64,000 nucleotides of DNA, taken from contig JBHGNT010000002.1 in assembly GCA_043228905.1 (NCBI GenBank), positions 24,862,001 to 24,926,000 of the forward strand, in the 5' to 3' direction. This document shows, in pieces, positions 49,480 through 62,956 of the stretch. Both the position numbers and the translations under genes were made by a program. Positions within the stretch are counted from its first letter, which is position 1. Each line of letters begins with the position of its first letter. The notes beneath the pieces are model-generated. The model was not told where the DNA came from. It did no database searches and saw only the letters and a list, made by a program, of their open reading frames with translations. Source of the DNA: Azolla caroliniana (Eukaryota; Plantae; Polypodiophyta).

Positions 49480-51089
49480 GGTGAGAGAGTGAACGGTAGA
49501 GGCATGGTTCCTTGGCGAGGTTTTGTTATGTCAATTTCCTAGAATGCCCCTGGAGCCGTGTTCATTTCTAAACCCTTAAACCCCCACAAATTGGGTTGCT
49601 TCTTCATTGCATTTAGACTTGAACCTTTTTGCGCACACACTCCACATCCACCACTAAGTCGATTAAATCACATTTCGCGGAATTACCTACACGTGATGCT
49701 TGATTTTCTCGAAATTAAATCGCATTACTTGAGATGGTGTTGTGCCAATGTTTTGTGTCACTTGGTGGTACACATACATAGCAGAATTTGTCTAACTAAT
49801 TTGTAGTGTACGAGATAGCATTACGTCTTTGGTGGTCATGAACTCTACAACAATGGGGTTTTCCTTTTATGTTTCCATCACAAAATTTATTCACATTTCT
49901 TGCTTGTGATCATCATCCATACTAATAAACTTCTCCTGAAGCATATGGATTTACAAAGTCATGGCTCACAAGTCACAACAAAGGGTTGAGAATGATATTG
50001 TTGCTACAAATGTAGAATGTTCTTGTTGGTTGGTGGCCATTGATGGGTTTTTATCTTCCTAGAGTTTTTATCTTTCCAACATTTATTAATGTCTAAGATT
50101 TTACTCCTAATTTAGTTAATCTTTGATTGTAATCACTAGTTCACTCGTGACTCATTTTTCAGTCTCTTTTCTACGGCATCACAAGTCCTCTTTGTCTGCA
50201 AAGACCATCTAGGGTATCGTGAGACCTCTTTGTCTACAAAGACCATTTAGGGCATTGAGATGATATCATAGAGAACAATGTGGATGGTGTCATGATGTGG
50301 CATGGGGAATGGAAGAAAAAGCAATGAAGGTAGATGTCATGACAACTCAAGAATTTGCACATGGTAAAGATTGGATCAAGAAGTGACGAAAAGGAGTATA
50401 ACAATGAATAGTAGATTAAGGAGTAAGAGTTATCATCTGGGGATGTTCACGATTCGATACTTGTTTTAGATTTATTAGATAAAGATCAAGTAACATTGTG
50501 CAACATGAATATGGGTAACTATGTTAAAGAACTTACGAGCAACATCACACACCCATTCAAAAACGCAAGACAATGGCATAATCCTAAGGTTGAACGTGCA
50601 CACACAACAAAACATTTATTGTAGTTACAAGGTGAGTAACTGAAGTTAACCAATACATATGTATACACAATTAAACATTGTTAGTAAGTTAACTACTTCT
50701 CTAAGAGAAGTCATGTATGCATAATTGGTACATAGGGATCCAGAATTATTCAATAGTTAATTATCATTATTAATAAGTCAACTTCTTGTGTACTTGGTAG
50801 ATAGAGTTCGGAGGTGTAGGAAGATTACATCAAGTAGTTAGTGAGCATCTATATTTTATGCTCTATATACTTCCTCATGTTTTCATAATTGCAATTGAGT
50901 AAGTGGCCTACAAATTATGCTCAATATTATCCCACTGCTTGTCACAACTTCGATTTCCCCAAGAGGCCCATAAATTATGCTATATATTATTCCTTTTGTT
51001 CTCATAATTGTGTTTCACCCATGATGTCTATAAAAAGATACCCACTGAGAAAATATCGAACAAGACAAATCCTTCATTAATGTTACCTT

Positions 51090-51424
51090 CATAGTTGTTA
51101 AAAAACGTGTATTCTACGTTTAGAGTAAGTTTTAGAATACTCTGAAGTATTCTACATTTTAGAACACCGTTTTTTAAAATTTGACGTATTCTACGTATTT
51201 AACAAGTATTTATCATTTCAAAAGAAAAGAAGAAAAAAGAAAAACTTTAAATTTTAAGAAGTATTCTACACGTATTGTAAGTATTCTACACATATTCTAA
51301 GTATTTTATGTATTTTATCTATAAAATACATATTCTAAGTGTTTTTTTTTAAAGTTAAAAAACTTGTAGGATACTTAGAATATGTATTCTACACGTATTT
51401 TATGCTAAGTATTTTACAACAATG
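51090..51424. mobile_element. Non-autonomous hAT-type MITE (335 bp)
   Basis: TIRs CATAGTTGTTAAAA / TTTTACAACAATG. 8-bp TSD GTTACCTT (51082-51089) / GTTACATT (51425-51432) with 1 mismatch. Multiple internal GTATTCTAC motifs. Confidence 0.8.
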
Positions 51425-51428
51425 GTTA

Positions 51429-51432
<4 letters not shown>

Positions 51433-51493
<61 letters not shown>
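51433..51493. repeat. (CT)n microsatellite, ~30 units
   Basis: Directly visible. Confidence 0.97.
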
Positions 51494-51497
<4 letters not shown>

Positions 51498-54190
51498 AAT
51501 GGGTAAATATCCCATTTTGTTGTAAACCAATTGTCTCATGGGCCAATTTTGGCCTTAGAAGATGTTAATATATCTTTTTTTCTCTTGGCACACATATACA
51601 GAGAGACTCTACCATGTCCCGAACCAACCACCCATTCCATTGCCTTCCACACCTCAATCTACCATGGGGACACTTTTTACACCACAATGGACCATGAACA
51701 CAGTGGCCCCTATACATAAAGGAGGGGACCCAATGGACCCAGATACATATAGGACCATTATGGTAGGTCATACGCTCGCTAAACTATATGGTGCAATAAT
51801 GGAAGCGGAGCTCAACGGTCATATGGAAACCTTAAGTCTTCGAGCACCTGAGCAGGTTGGCTTTAGACGAGCTTTCTCCACTATTGACCATATCTTCACA
51901 CTTAGATGCTTAATTGACCAGACGAAGGCTCGCAAGAAGAAACTATATTGTTGCTTTGTGGACTTCCACAAAGCCTTTGACATAGTTCCTAGGAAGCGGT
52001 TGTTTGATAGGCTTAAAATCTTGGAGATACCAAATGACATGATCTGGGCCATCTATGCTCTATATGAACAACTCTCTGGGTGTGTAATATGCCCATGTGG
52101 CCTATCCGATTGTTTCACCAGCACCATTGGTGTAAAACAAGGTTGCCCACTATCACCGACTCTTTTTGGGATCTACATTGATGAGATCATTTATTTTATT
52201 GCTCGTAGGGGAGGCAGTTGAGTAACCATTGGGGGTACGCAAGTTAGTCTCTTATTCTACTCAGATGACATTGTCTTGCTCTCGAAGTGTGAACACGACC
52301 TACAAAAGCATCTTAATGCCCTAGATGACTTTTGCACACAACGAGGACTGGTAATGAATCTAGCGAAAACAAAAGTTCTTATCTTTCATACATTGTCTCG
52401 AGTGAGCAGTAAATGTCACCTAATCCTCTCTCATAACCCAATTGAGGTAGTTGGATCATATGTATATTTGGGAGCCACTTTTAGTGCTCATTCAAGTGAA
52501 TTCTCGATGACCCAAACAACCAAAGATAGGCTAATGAGAGGGTATGCATCCCTCTCACTATTAGAGACAATGCCACCAAGAATACTTTCAAGAGCCACGG
52601 ACTACGAGATGGCTCTTCGACTCATTAGTGACCCCTTCCCTCATGTATACATCAGTAGTATTGGCTCTAGGTCTACCATCTTTCATGTGGACGCAATTAG
52701 AGAGACCTTTGGTGACGATGTTATCACATCAACTCCAAAGAAAATCAACAGTACCACATGACATTATTAGAGCAGAGTTTAGTTTGCCCCCGATGTTAGT
52801 AGAAGCACTTTTTCAAGTGGTAGTTTTTATTCATCGGATACATAGCCAACCACAAGATAGGATATCCAGTCAAGCTTTTGAGGCATCCGGATCCCTATAC
52901 GCGTCCGAAGACACTAGCTCTTGTTATAGCATTGTAGTGAGTTGGTTACTTGCAAATGGTATAGACATTAATAACCTACTTCCCCTCAAGTACAACCATG
53001 GGACTGATGAAGCTTTAATCTCTCATGAAGACCGTAATATTAAAGTAATACGCCAAGAAATATGGCAAATTTACGCCCGATTTAAATGAAGACACTAGCT
53101 CTGGGTATAGCATTGTAGTGAGTTGGTTACTTGCAAATGGTATAGACATTAATAACCTACCTCCCCTTAAGTACAACCATGGAACTGATCAAACTTTAAT
53201 CTCTCATGAAGACTGTAATATTAAAGTAATACACCAAGAAATATGGCAAATTTACGCCCGATTTAAATGGATCACCCCACGAGAGCCACTCTCATCTAAA
53301 ATGTTGTACTATAAGGAACACTTCTTGCACTTCTCTAGGTTAGGTTTTATTACAAGACCAAAATATCTAGATACATTCTTACCAAATGCACTAAGGGTGG
53401 CCATTGGACAACTTAGGATATCATCTCACCAACTTGAGATTGAGAATGGTCGTGCTAATAGATTTCCTAGAGAGGAAAGGCTATGTAGGTTATGTCACAT
53501 AGAGATAGAGGATGAGTATCACTTTACATGCAAGTGTCCAACTTATACCGAGATAAGGGCGAAATACCAAGACATACTAGGACCCTCTCCCACCCTCTCC
53601 AAACTATTAGATACCCCGGATATAAAGAGACTAAAACAACATAGGGAGAATAAATTACAAAGTGTTAACCATAACCCTTTTCACCAACATGTAACTAATG
53701 TAATTTTTCAAAAACAAGGGGAAACAATGAATGTGGACACACCTACACCACTCGGCCTCTCTCTTGATGAAGCAGACATTCAAAGAACAACCAAACACCC
53801 TCGGATGTTGGGCTTCAAAGTTCCTTGACATGGAGTAGAAATGATTAAGAAGATAAGGGAACGTGAGCTACGCCTCCTAGAAGCTATGGTTGGGGTACCT
53901 TTTACATTGGAACCACGGGCCACATCCACCTCGAAACCCTTTGACCTCGCGCTTCTTTTCGAGAGACTTGGATTGAAATGAAACTTGGCCTAGTATAAAG
54001 CCATTTCCTTATGGAACATGTTTTTTTACTAGAACTATTTAGCTTAAGCTCTAGTTTATTTTATTTTATTTTTACTTTTGATGAATGGGTAAATACCCCA
54101 TTTTTGTTGTAAACCAATTGTCTCATGGGCCAATTTTGGTTTTAAAAGACGTTAATATTTCTTTCTTTCTTTCTTCTTTCTTCTTTCTCT
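51494..54190 (+). mobile_element. 5'-truncated, degenerate non-LTR retrotransposon (LINE; RTEX/L2-like), with its 3' end duplicated upstream
   Basis: RT motifs PIHKGGDPMDPDTYRTI, EQVGFR...TIDHIFTLR, CFVDFHKAFD, GVKQGCPLSPTLFGIYID, YSDDIVL and YVYLG. C-terminal LRISSHQLEIENGR...RLCRLC..EIEDEYHF..KCPTY. Stop at 52219-52221 and frameshift near 52570. (TTTC)n tail at ~54157-54190. Segment 51494-51586 matches 54080-54170. Confidence 0.88.
52907..53269 (+). repeat. Tandem duplication, period 181 bp, inside LINE ORF
   Basis: ACACTAGCTC at 52911 and 53092. Both copies encode an SWLLANGIDINNL...QEIWQIYARFK-type peptide. Confidence 0.93.
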
Positions 54191-57100
54191 CACGCACACA
54201 CACATCAATGGAAATCCCCATAGTTCTGCCTCTTTAACGCATGTGGTGATTCGATGGTGGTGATGAAGTCAACAAATAGTCATAATGTTGGAATTGAAGT
54301 GAAGTGGAAAATTATAATGTGAATGGTAGCAAATTGCAAAGACAAAGACCATGAAGGGGAAGAATGAGTGAATGAAGAAGGGAAGGGAAGAATGTTTTTG
54401 TCGTATCTTTCTCTACCATACTCTTTAAATATCCTAGATTTTGTAGATGTATGCACTTCAGAGAAGGTTTCCTATGGGCATGCCAAGGTATTACTAGATC
54501 AGGCATGGTTAATTGATCATACATGCTCGCATAATAGAAATTTTAGCATAGTTACAATATGTGTAACTAACATAACCAATAGTTATCTAACAATTCGTCA
54601 TTATTATTAATAGGTCAACCACTAAAGTAGTGTGTACGTAATAGAAAAACATCCAAGCTGTAGGAAGATCCGAGTCTCGACCATGTTACTAGTGAGCATC
54701 TATATTTAATGCTTTACATTATTCTTCTAAGTCATAATTGGGATTAACACAATAGGCCTATAAAAGGATATCCTTGCAAGAAAATTTGAATTAGGCACAT
54801 GCATTACTATCATAAGTCATGTTGTTATTCTCTCTATTTTTGTGTCTTTTTCTTTCCTTGGCTCCACCACTTTAACAAAATGTATGGGGATGTGAGAGAG
54901 GTTCTAGATAAAGAGAGAAGCCTAACTCAATTGAACATATGGTTGGAGATTCTCATCCCTCAACTTATCTTCTCTCTAATAAAAAATTTCGAAATTTGCC
55001 TGTTAATTTAATTAGCACAATAATATCATTGCATCAATAGTTCAGTCATTGATCATCGATTTTCATCAAGTTGCAAGCTTTCATAAGTACAAAATGCGCT
55101 CATTTTTATGGGCCATGCATATAGGGAAGGGCCACATTTAGCCATTTGAGTTGTGGTATCCAAACACAAGTAAAATAAACATCCACATAATGTTCAAGTT
55201 AAATGTTCATACCCTATTTTTTTCCAAAAAAGAATATACTCCATTAGTTAAATATGTCCTTATGTACACAACTTTAGTTCCCTTATCGGGTAGTCATTGC
55301 CTAAATTATCCTATCATCCTCAACTATTATATATACCCTGTGTTGATTGTACAAAATCTCGCCACCAAATGTCTACTTACATTTGGGTGACATCGCATAT
55401 TTATCTTACACTTTCGCATATGTCTCTATATCTATTTCTTAGTTATCCACCCACTATCCATACACTTCTCTATGTATCTCATCTCATTCACACCCCTCTT
55501 TCAACTAACGGGATACCCTATTTATTGTTAAGTATATAGGTACAATTTGATACATAAATTAGACTGATTGTTAATTCTCATGTTACGTTATTCTAGTAAA
55601 ACATGTATCATTCTTTTCTATATCTAATTTTGGTTTCTCAATTACACTTCAAATATTTGTATCTCTAGATTATCACTAACATTATTATTATTATTTCTAG
55701 GCCTATATTGATTCAATAATTGATAATTTTGACTTGAATTGTATCATAATTCATTACAAGATGTACTCAACCTAATTTTTCGATCATGGAAGGAATATGC
55801 AGTCTTAAATTTAAATGAGCTTAGGAGTCAATATTAATTATAGTAGTTTGGTATTCATCGAATTCATGTGATATTTGTTATCCATTTTAATTTGCTATCA
55901 AAGGGGCACATACATTCTTCACTCGCTAATTTTTAGTGTTAACTTCTACTTTAATTGACGTAAAAATAACATAACTGAAAAATGATCCATAAATTTTGGC
56001 ACAATCAAAGAATCTAGATGGGTTATTGACTCATACATAACGATTTAGATCTCTCACACATAAAGTAGTTTGCTTAATAATCTTCATGTCACAATATCCA
56101 TCCCCACTGCTTGGCACATTACGAGTATGGCTATCTATATGTTGGCTCTAGAGAAAATTCACCCAAAATAATATTTAGGTGAATCCTCGAGGGCTAGGGT
56201 TTGTGCCTATATAAGAAGGCTAGGTACCTTGTCATCAAGGTAGGCTTGATATATGTTGAGCCTATGTCGGTGTGGCTATGGCTCTTGTTATTTAAGCATG
56301 TGCAATCCTTGAGGAAACCAAGGTACAACTTCCGTCAACACTTGATGGTATGGAACATTGAGGAGGTTCAAGTCCGTCTCACATTGTTGTTAGGGGATAC
56401 AATCCTCAATGGTTGCAAGCTCAAAGAGGACAATCACATTGCATTGACATGGCACACAGATCATCCTTGATGACAATGGATTAATAGTATTTGAAAGGGA
56501 GGTGCTCCTATTATGAGAATGGGCACATATGGTTTATATTTCAAACAAATGGTTTGCCTCTAGAAAAATATTCAAACACCAAGAATTAGGTGTATGAACC
56601 AAGGAGTTGTATCATTTTGCAAGAAATTGTACTTATTGTGAACATTGTACACTAGCATACAATGTGTGAATACCAAACAAGTTCTTGTACAATAAATATA
56701 CAAAAAGACGAATGGACGAAGACACACACAAACAAATATTTGAAGGGAAGTGAGGAGAATAGAAAGCAACAAGAGTGCAAATTTTGCTCAAAAACTAGAA
56801 TTGCCACATTAAGATGTCTTGCCACTAAAATACCGCAATTCTTTGTTAGCCACAAGCTAAACAATTTTGGTATGTAAGCCTTTGCATCATCTCACTTTGC
56901 AAAGAAAGAAACTTAGTTACTATTCATAAGAAAGTGTGAAAACATTACAATCTTTAGACATATAAGAGCCATTCATCTTGAAGAGTTAATTGTAGGAACG
57001 CAAAGTTATAGATTATAAATCTCAAATATGAGTCATAATATGAATAAAATGATGAATATTGTCCATCACTCAGATTGTAGTCCAAGAAGATCTAATATGT

Positions 57101-58949
57101 GTTTATAATCCCCTCTTATTTATTCAAGCTAGATTAGTTTTTACCCATCATATTATGAATAAAATTAGTAATACAATTTTCTTTCTTTGCATTATACATA
57201 AACATGCACCTCATATAACCACACTTCGTCATTTCTCAAATGAGCTCATATCACATAATGTAGAAATAATTATACATTGTGATTATCTTCTACTCAATTG
57301 GAATCACTCACTTAGATTGTCTTTGAAATATTTATTCAACTAATATATGTTTGAGTAATCAGTCAAATGTATCAAGTGCACACGAGGTCTCTTATATTCA
57401 TATAGCTAACATGAGGTGAAAGACTTCTCTATCTCTTGTATTCATTGTGAGAGATGCAAAGGCACACATTTCATACATTATATTACATATGTTGTACAAA
57501 ACAACGAAACCATTTTCTTATCCAAATTAGGAAACCACACTAAATTATACATGTGGGAGCCCATCCCTTTGTCCACCATTTGCACCATTGCTTCCATACA
57601 TCTCAACTCACCTTCTCTTACTCACCTTCTCTTCTATGTGAGATGAGGATGTCGCACACATGTAAGAAAATATTCTATGCATATTTTGCCTTGAGCTAGT
57701 TTGCAACATTATTCCTTGATACAAACTAGATTCAACCCTCTCCATACACATTGTCGCCCCAATTTGCTCCCTACTCTCATTCTTCTCACAATCACAATGT
57801 TTATTAGTAAATTTCTTGAACATCGAGAGTCACTAAATTCCATAGATACTATGCAAAATAATTCACTTTTGGTCTCATTGGTCATATTTGACCTCGGTAA
57901 ACAATACTAAAATCTCCATCTCTATCTCTCTATACTTTTTTGAGGATTTAACTAAGATCTTTAGGCAATTGCAAAAGGCGATTACAATGGCTTTACTACC
58001 GTGCTAGATCAATGGTTCTTAATGAAACCATTGTTGTAACAACATTACACGTCAAAAGAGCCCCCACTAACTTTTACGTACACATTTTCATCAAAAAACT
58101 TCCATTTGTATAAAACAACTTTTATACTTTGATCTCTTATAACCAATAAAAGGGGCTCCATTATTAAAGAACTTTTCTTAGGCATCTTTCCACGGTCATA
58201 TGGTATATTGTGTCTCAATGGATCAACCAATGGTCGTTTTTAATATTTAGTTGTCAGTCAATGTACAAACCACATGATAACACACTAATGGATATTTGAT
58301 CAATACATGTTATGTAAGAAATAAAGCCTTATTCACAATTAACAAAGACATCGGATTGTGTAATGAGAATCAAGATCATATATGTGCTTTGGGAGTTGGA
58401 AGCATGTTTTCATCATCAATAATGCACGACAACTTTTCTCTAATGAGCATACAAACAAAAGCATTTTTGTTGTCTCAAACAATATTACATTATTATGAAA
58501 TATAAAAGCAACAAAGTCATCTCACTTAATAAGGTTATGGAATATGGGAAAGATATTTATAATACTTTGGTAAGTTTCACGTTCATAAGATCTCGATGAA
58601 CATGTATTTGTTACATGCAGCCATAACCTTCTAAACGAATTCTAGAGGATAGTTTTAATGGTTTTATGAGCAGGAGTAGTGAGAAACCGGTTACCTTAGG
58701 ACTTAGGACTTTTTTTATTGACCTCTTGCCCCTCCGATATTACTCATGTAATATAGAGACGAGGATGTGCCAAATTCTTTGACAAATTTTCAAGTGTGAT
58801 CATATTTTGTTTTCTTCATAAAAAAAAGAAAGTTTTACACATTTTATTCGTTTCTCTATTCATTTCATCCTAGAGTAATCATGTAAGGTATTATGAAAGA
58901 GCCTAACGACAAAGTACAATAGAAGATCATGCAAGATCATGCATTAGGT

Positions 58950-60300
58950 TTAATTTTGGTTTTCTCCAAAAGTACATTAAAAAGTATTCCCATTAGAGAA
59001 AACAAACTCAACTCAACGAGGCAATCACACATCCTTCTTGTGATGCCAAGGTCACATTATGAATCCTAACTATATTGTTTTGAATTTCCCACATGTGATT
59101 TACAAAACTCCCATCCTTTGTGTGACACTTTCAAAATGCCAACATGTGCCTCACATCCAAAACTCACACATCCCTTACGACTCACATCCAACCAGCATCC
59201 CACCCACACAAAACATGATAGCATCACAATGACTTTCTTGCCCTTTCGCTCTACTTCCAATGTGCTTGTCCTTGATATGCTAATATAAAATCTAAAAGGT
59301 GTCCTTGCATAAACTATTGATTTTCAAAATAAACTTGCAAAGCAGCTCCACGAATACTAATCATGGTTGTTTATATCTTTTTCAACCTTCAACCATATTG
59401 TTATTGCTTCATTTATGTTTCTATGGTTTGTTGATATCATGCTTCTTTATTATGACAATACATGATCATTTTTTTCCTAGCTTTGGTATTTGGCCAACAT
59501 TTGTTTAGAGATATGTATAGCGCCTCGGCAACACATTAATATTTGTACGTGTTCTTGCTTTATACTCTACCTCACAACTATCATCATGGTAAGATCCAAT
59601 ATACTGTTTATGAGACTATGAGATAAGAATATGATGCTATTGAATATTGTGATTTCCAACTAGAAGTTCATGTATTCTCCCCTTCTCCAAAACAATTGGT
59701 CATCCCTTACTTATGAACATTTTGCAATCTTGATAGCATATAAATGTTTTCATGTAGTTGTGGACTTACCATCTACATGCCACATGTAAAAGGTAAAAAC
59801 GAGCGAGAAAGGGTTCCTCAATAGAACCACTTGCTTTAATAAATTGAAGTAAAGAAATAATAATGCATAAACATATTCCGAGATTGAATTGATAGTATGC
59901 CTAATGCTTTTAATAAAGCACTCTAGACAATGCAAATGCACCCCCCATCCCTTTCTTTTAACATGGCGCCATTATCTTGGTGGTCAAAATTAGACCAACA
60001 AACACGTTCATTCATGACCATGCCACGTTCTTATTTCAAAGCACATGTTGTATTGGTGTTTCACATTAATGTCTCATTGTCCCATGAGTTCGAGACAATC
60101 AATTGCATGTCTCACAATATATCTGTCTCTAAAGAATACAATGCTACTAGAAGGCCATATTTTTACTATCCCATAGGTGTGGATTCGAAATCAACAAATT
60201 TCACATTGGTCCATGCCCTCGTTGTCTTTTTGACACACAAGAGAATGCACAACTTTAGCATAACCCTCAAATTGTAATTAACTTTGCATTAATAATTATG
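58950..60300 (-). mobile_element. Highly decayed Mutator-like (MULE/SWIM) transposase relic
   Basis: Minus-strand remnants in the expected order: INSISE...F.MWHV (~59770-59900, cf. LCxWHV), NNMVEG* (~59385-59407, cf. TNNxxExW) and FCK.HV (~59090-59110, SWIM). Heavily interrupted. Confidence 0.4.
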
Positions 60301-61787
60301 TAGAAATATTTGGCCATTTTTCCATGATTCTTTTTGCTAACAAATCAAATATTTATCATTTTCTTCTTCATACTATACAATGGAGCAAAATTCAAACTTA
60401 GATTTGTTGAGTGGGGCATTGGACAATTCTAATCAAAATGAACTTCTAGTAATGATATTCAGCTTTATCTTTAATTGAGAAAAGTATATTATAAGTGTAG
60501 CTAGCTTGTCTAATTTTCAGGAATGGTATAGCAAGTCGTCTTTCCTGTTGCACTTCAAACATGCCTAGATAGGGAACCTAAAGCATCTCGCTCCAAGCAC
60601 GACATGTTACGAACATATACACTTCTACTAGTAGATGACTTCCTGTTATTGTGATTTTAGTGTGTATGCCAAGAAACTCATCGAAATGCCAACCCAAGTA
60701 AACATCTTCCCATCAACGACTCGAGAGTATAATTTGAAATCAAAGAGAAGTCTTACAAAATCCTCTATTTTCAAGTTGATTTAAAGATGTAAAATAAAAT
60801 AAAATCTGGTGTCCGTACGGAAAAAGAAAAGGTTTCCATTGCTTTCATTTTTTTAATTGCCAATATCTCACCCTTTTCATCACCCAAGGATATCTTCTTT
60901 GCACAATGACCTAGGTCACCTAACACATGAAGCTTTGAGTTGTGTGTGTGTGTGTGTGAGGGAGATAGTGAACTGCTAAGATATTTGTGTCTCGGAGTGC
61001 CTCGAACAAGTTTATAAAATGCATCCTTTCAATAGCAAAGGGCATGTGCCTAGAGATGCATTAAAGGAATTTATGAATGCTATCTCCCCCATAGCAAATG
61101 TCACTTTCGCCAATGTTGTTACTTTTACCAGTTGTGTTCGTATACAACCTCTGTATAATACGCACCTCGAAGCCCTTAATGGGACAGACAACTCAAGTTT
61201 TACCTTTTCGTGGATGTGAGCTTTTGACTAGTGCTATCCAATTCCTCTAATAAAACACTGTATATTTTCAAGCTTCAATCATACACATTCCCATCATCTC
61301 TCAAGCAACCTTTCAATTATTAGTGGACGGAATGCAAATTGCATGTCTTTTCAATGTCCAGTAAAAAGAGAATTATGTTCCTTACAAACATTTCTACCAT
61401 ATGTTCTTACTTGGATTCTTTCCCCATTTATTGTACAAGTCGCTTGGTTGTTTATCTCCGAAGATGTTACTTAAACTTGTCCTTACCTAAGGGATAAAAT
61501 TTGTGGTCCCGAGATTGTCACTTCCCTCTGCAAGTACATCATTACTAGACTGGAGACATTTGGAGGCATAAGGTTTTCCTCGCCTAGGGCCAACATTTTA
61601 AGTCAATGTTCTTGGCATCACCTCTTCCTCGATCATCACGAGATTTTTCGAAACTTTGGTTACAACTTACATCTTTAATGTCAATGTATCACAACTTCGT
61701 ACTGGTACTAGTAATTCATAGTTTGGTAAACCCCAAAAAAACACATAACACATGTTGCCTAGATCATTGTGTTAATCAGATTAACTA

Positions 61788-62443
61788 GTGTATACATTCG
61801 TTTGTTGCAATTGGAAACCTGTGGCAATTTCTGCTTCCTTTTGGTTAGATATGGATGGCTGGAGCTCACAAGGACTGCTTGAAAGATGCATACGATTTTG
61901 CATCACTCCATCAATTTTCTCAAAGGATTTTGCATACCATCCTGTATCATCACTATAGTAGACAATACTGTAAACTCAGTTTGCTTCAATTGCATTAGAT
62001 ACCATATAGTTAGTTTTAGCAGGCTTAAGGATCAATTATCTCCCATTAGTTACACAGCAGACCCTTCAATCAAACCCCCCACTATTACTTGCATTCGTGA
62101 TATTGTATTAAGCCCCGTGTATACATTCGTTTGTTGCAATTGGAAACCTGTGGCAATTTCTGCTTCCTTTTGGTTAGATATGGATGGCTGGAGCTCACAA
62201 GGACTGCTTGAAAGATGCATACGATTTTGCATCACTCCATCAATTTTCTCAATGGATTTTGCATACCATCCTGTATCATCACTATAGTAGACAATACTGT
62301 AAACTCAGTTTGCTTCAATTGCACTAGATACCATATAGTTAGTTTTAGCAGGCTTAAGGATCAATTATCTCCCATTAGTTACACAGCAGACCCTTCAATC
62401 AAACCCCCCACTATTACTTGCATTCGTGATATTGTATTAAGCT
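61788..62443 (+). repeat. Near-identical tandem duplication, period 329 bp
   Basis: GTGTATACATTCGTTTGTTGCAATTGG at 61788 and 62117. The copies differ by very few substitutions. Confidence 0.95.
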
Positions 62444-62956
62444 CATAAACCAACAGTTATAAAGTTTTCGGAAACAAGATTTCCCGTACCCAAACACTTT
62501 CGTAATAGCAACACTGTTGCTAACTTTCACTAAATTTGCTCACGTTCCTTCTCAACCACACTAATTCATCCACACATACACTTGGCAAATAACTCTATGC
62601 ATAACCTTAATACCACGATTTCACTTTATACCACGATTTCACTTTGGGAGATTAACCTTGTCAGAAAAGCAGTAAAATCTATATATAATAATCCAAGTAA
62701 TTCAACAAAATTCAATATACCAACTCTCATTCAAAACATCGTACAAAATTACCAACTGCCTGGAAGGCTCAATAGCTTAAAAATCCAGGCAATGGTTTAC
62801 ACACACATACAAGTATTTGCATACATAATAAACATAACATATACGGTAAGGCTTTCTATGCACCATGATTAGAGAGACCTCTTCGTGGGCATTGCTTCCT
62901 ATCATATAGCACTAGAGTATAGTTAAATAAACAATATAAAAACATCAAGATCTTTT

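Noticed and set aside
56600-57850. Possible decayed hAT transposase on the minus strand
   Set aside because: Only faint fragments (e.g. TSCAL-like), insufficient to call.
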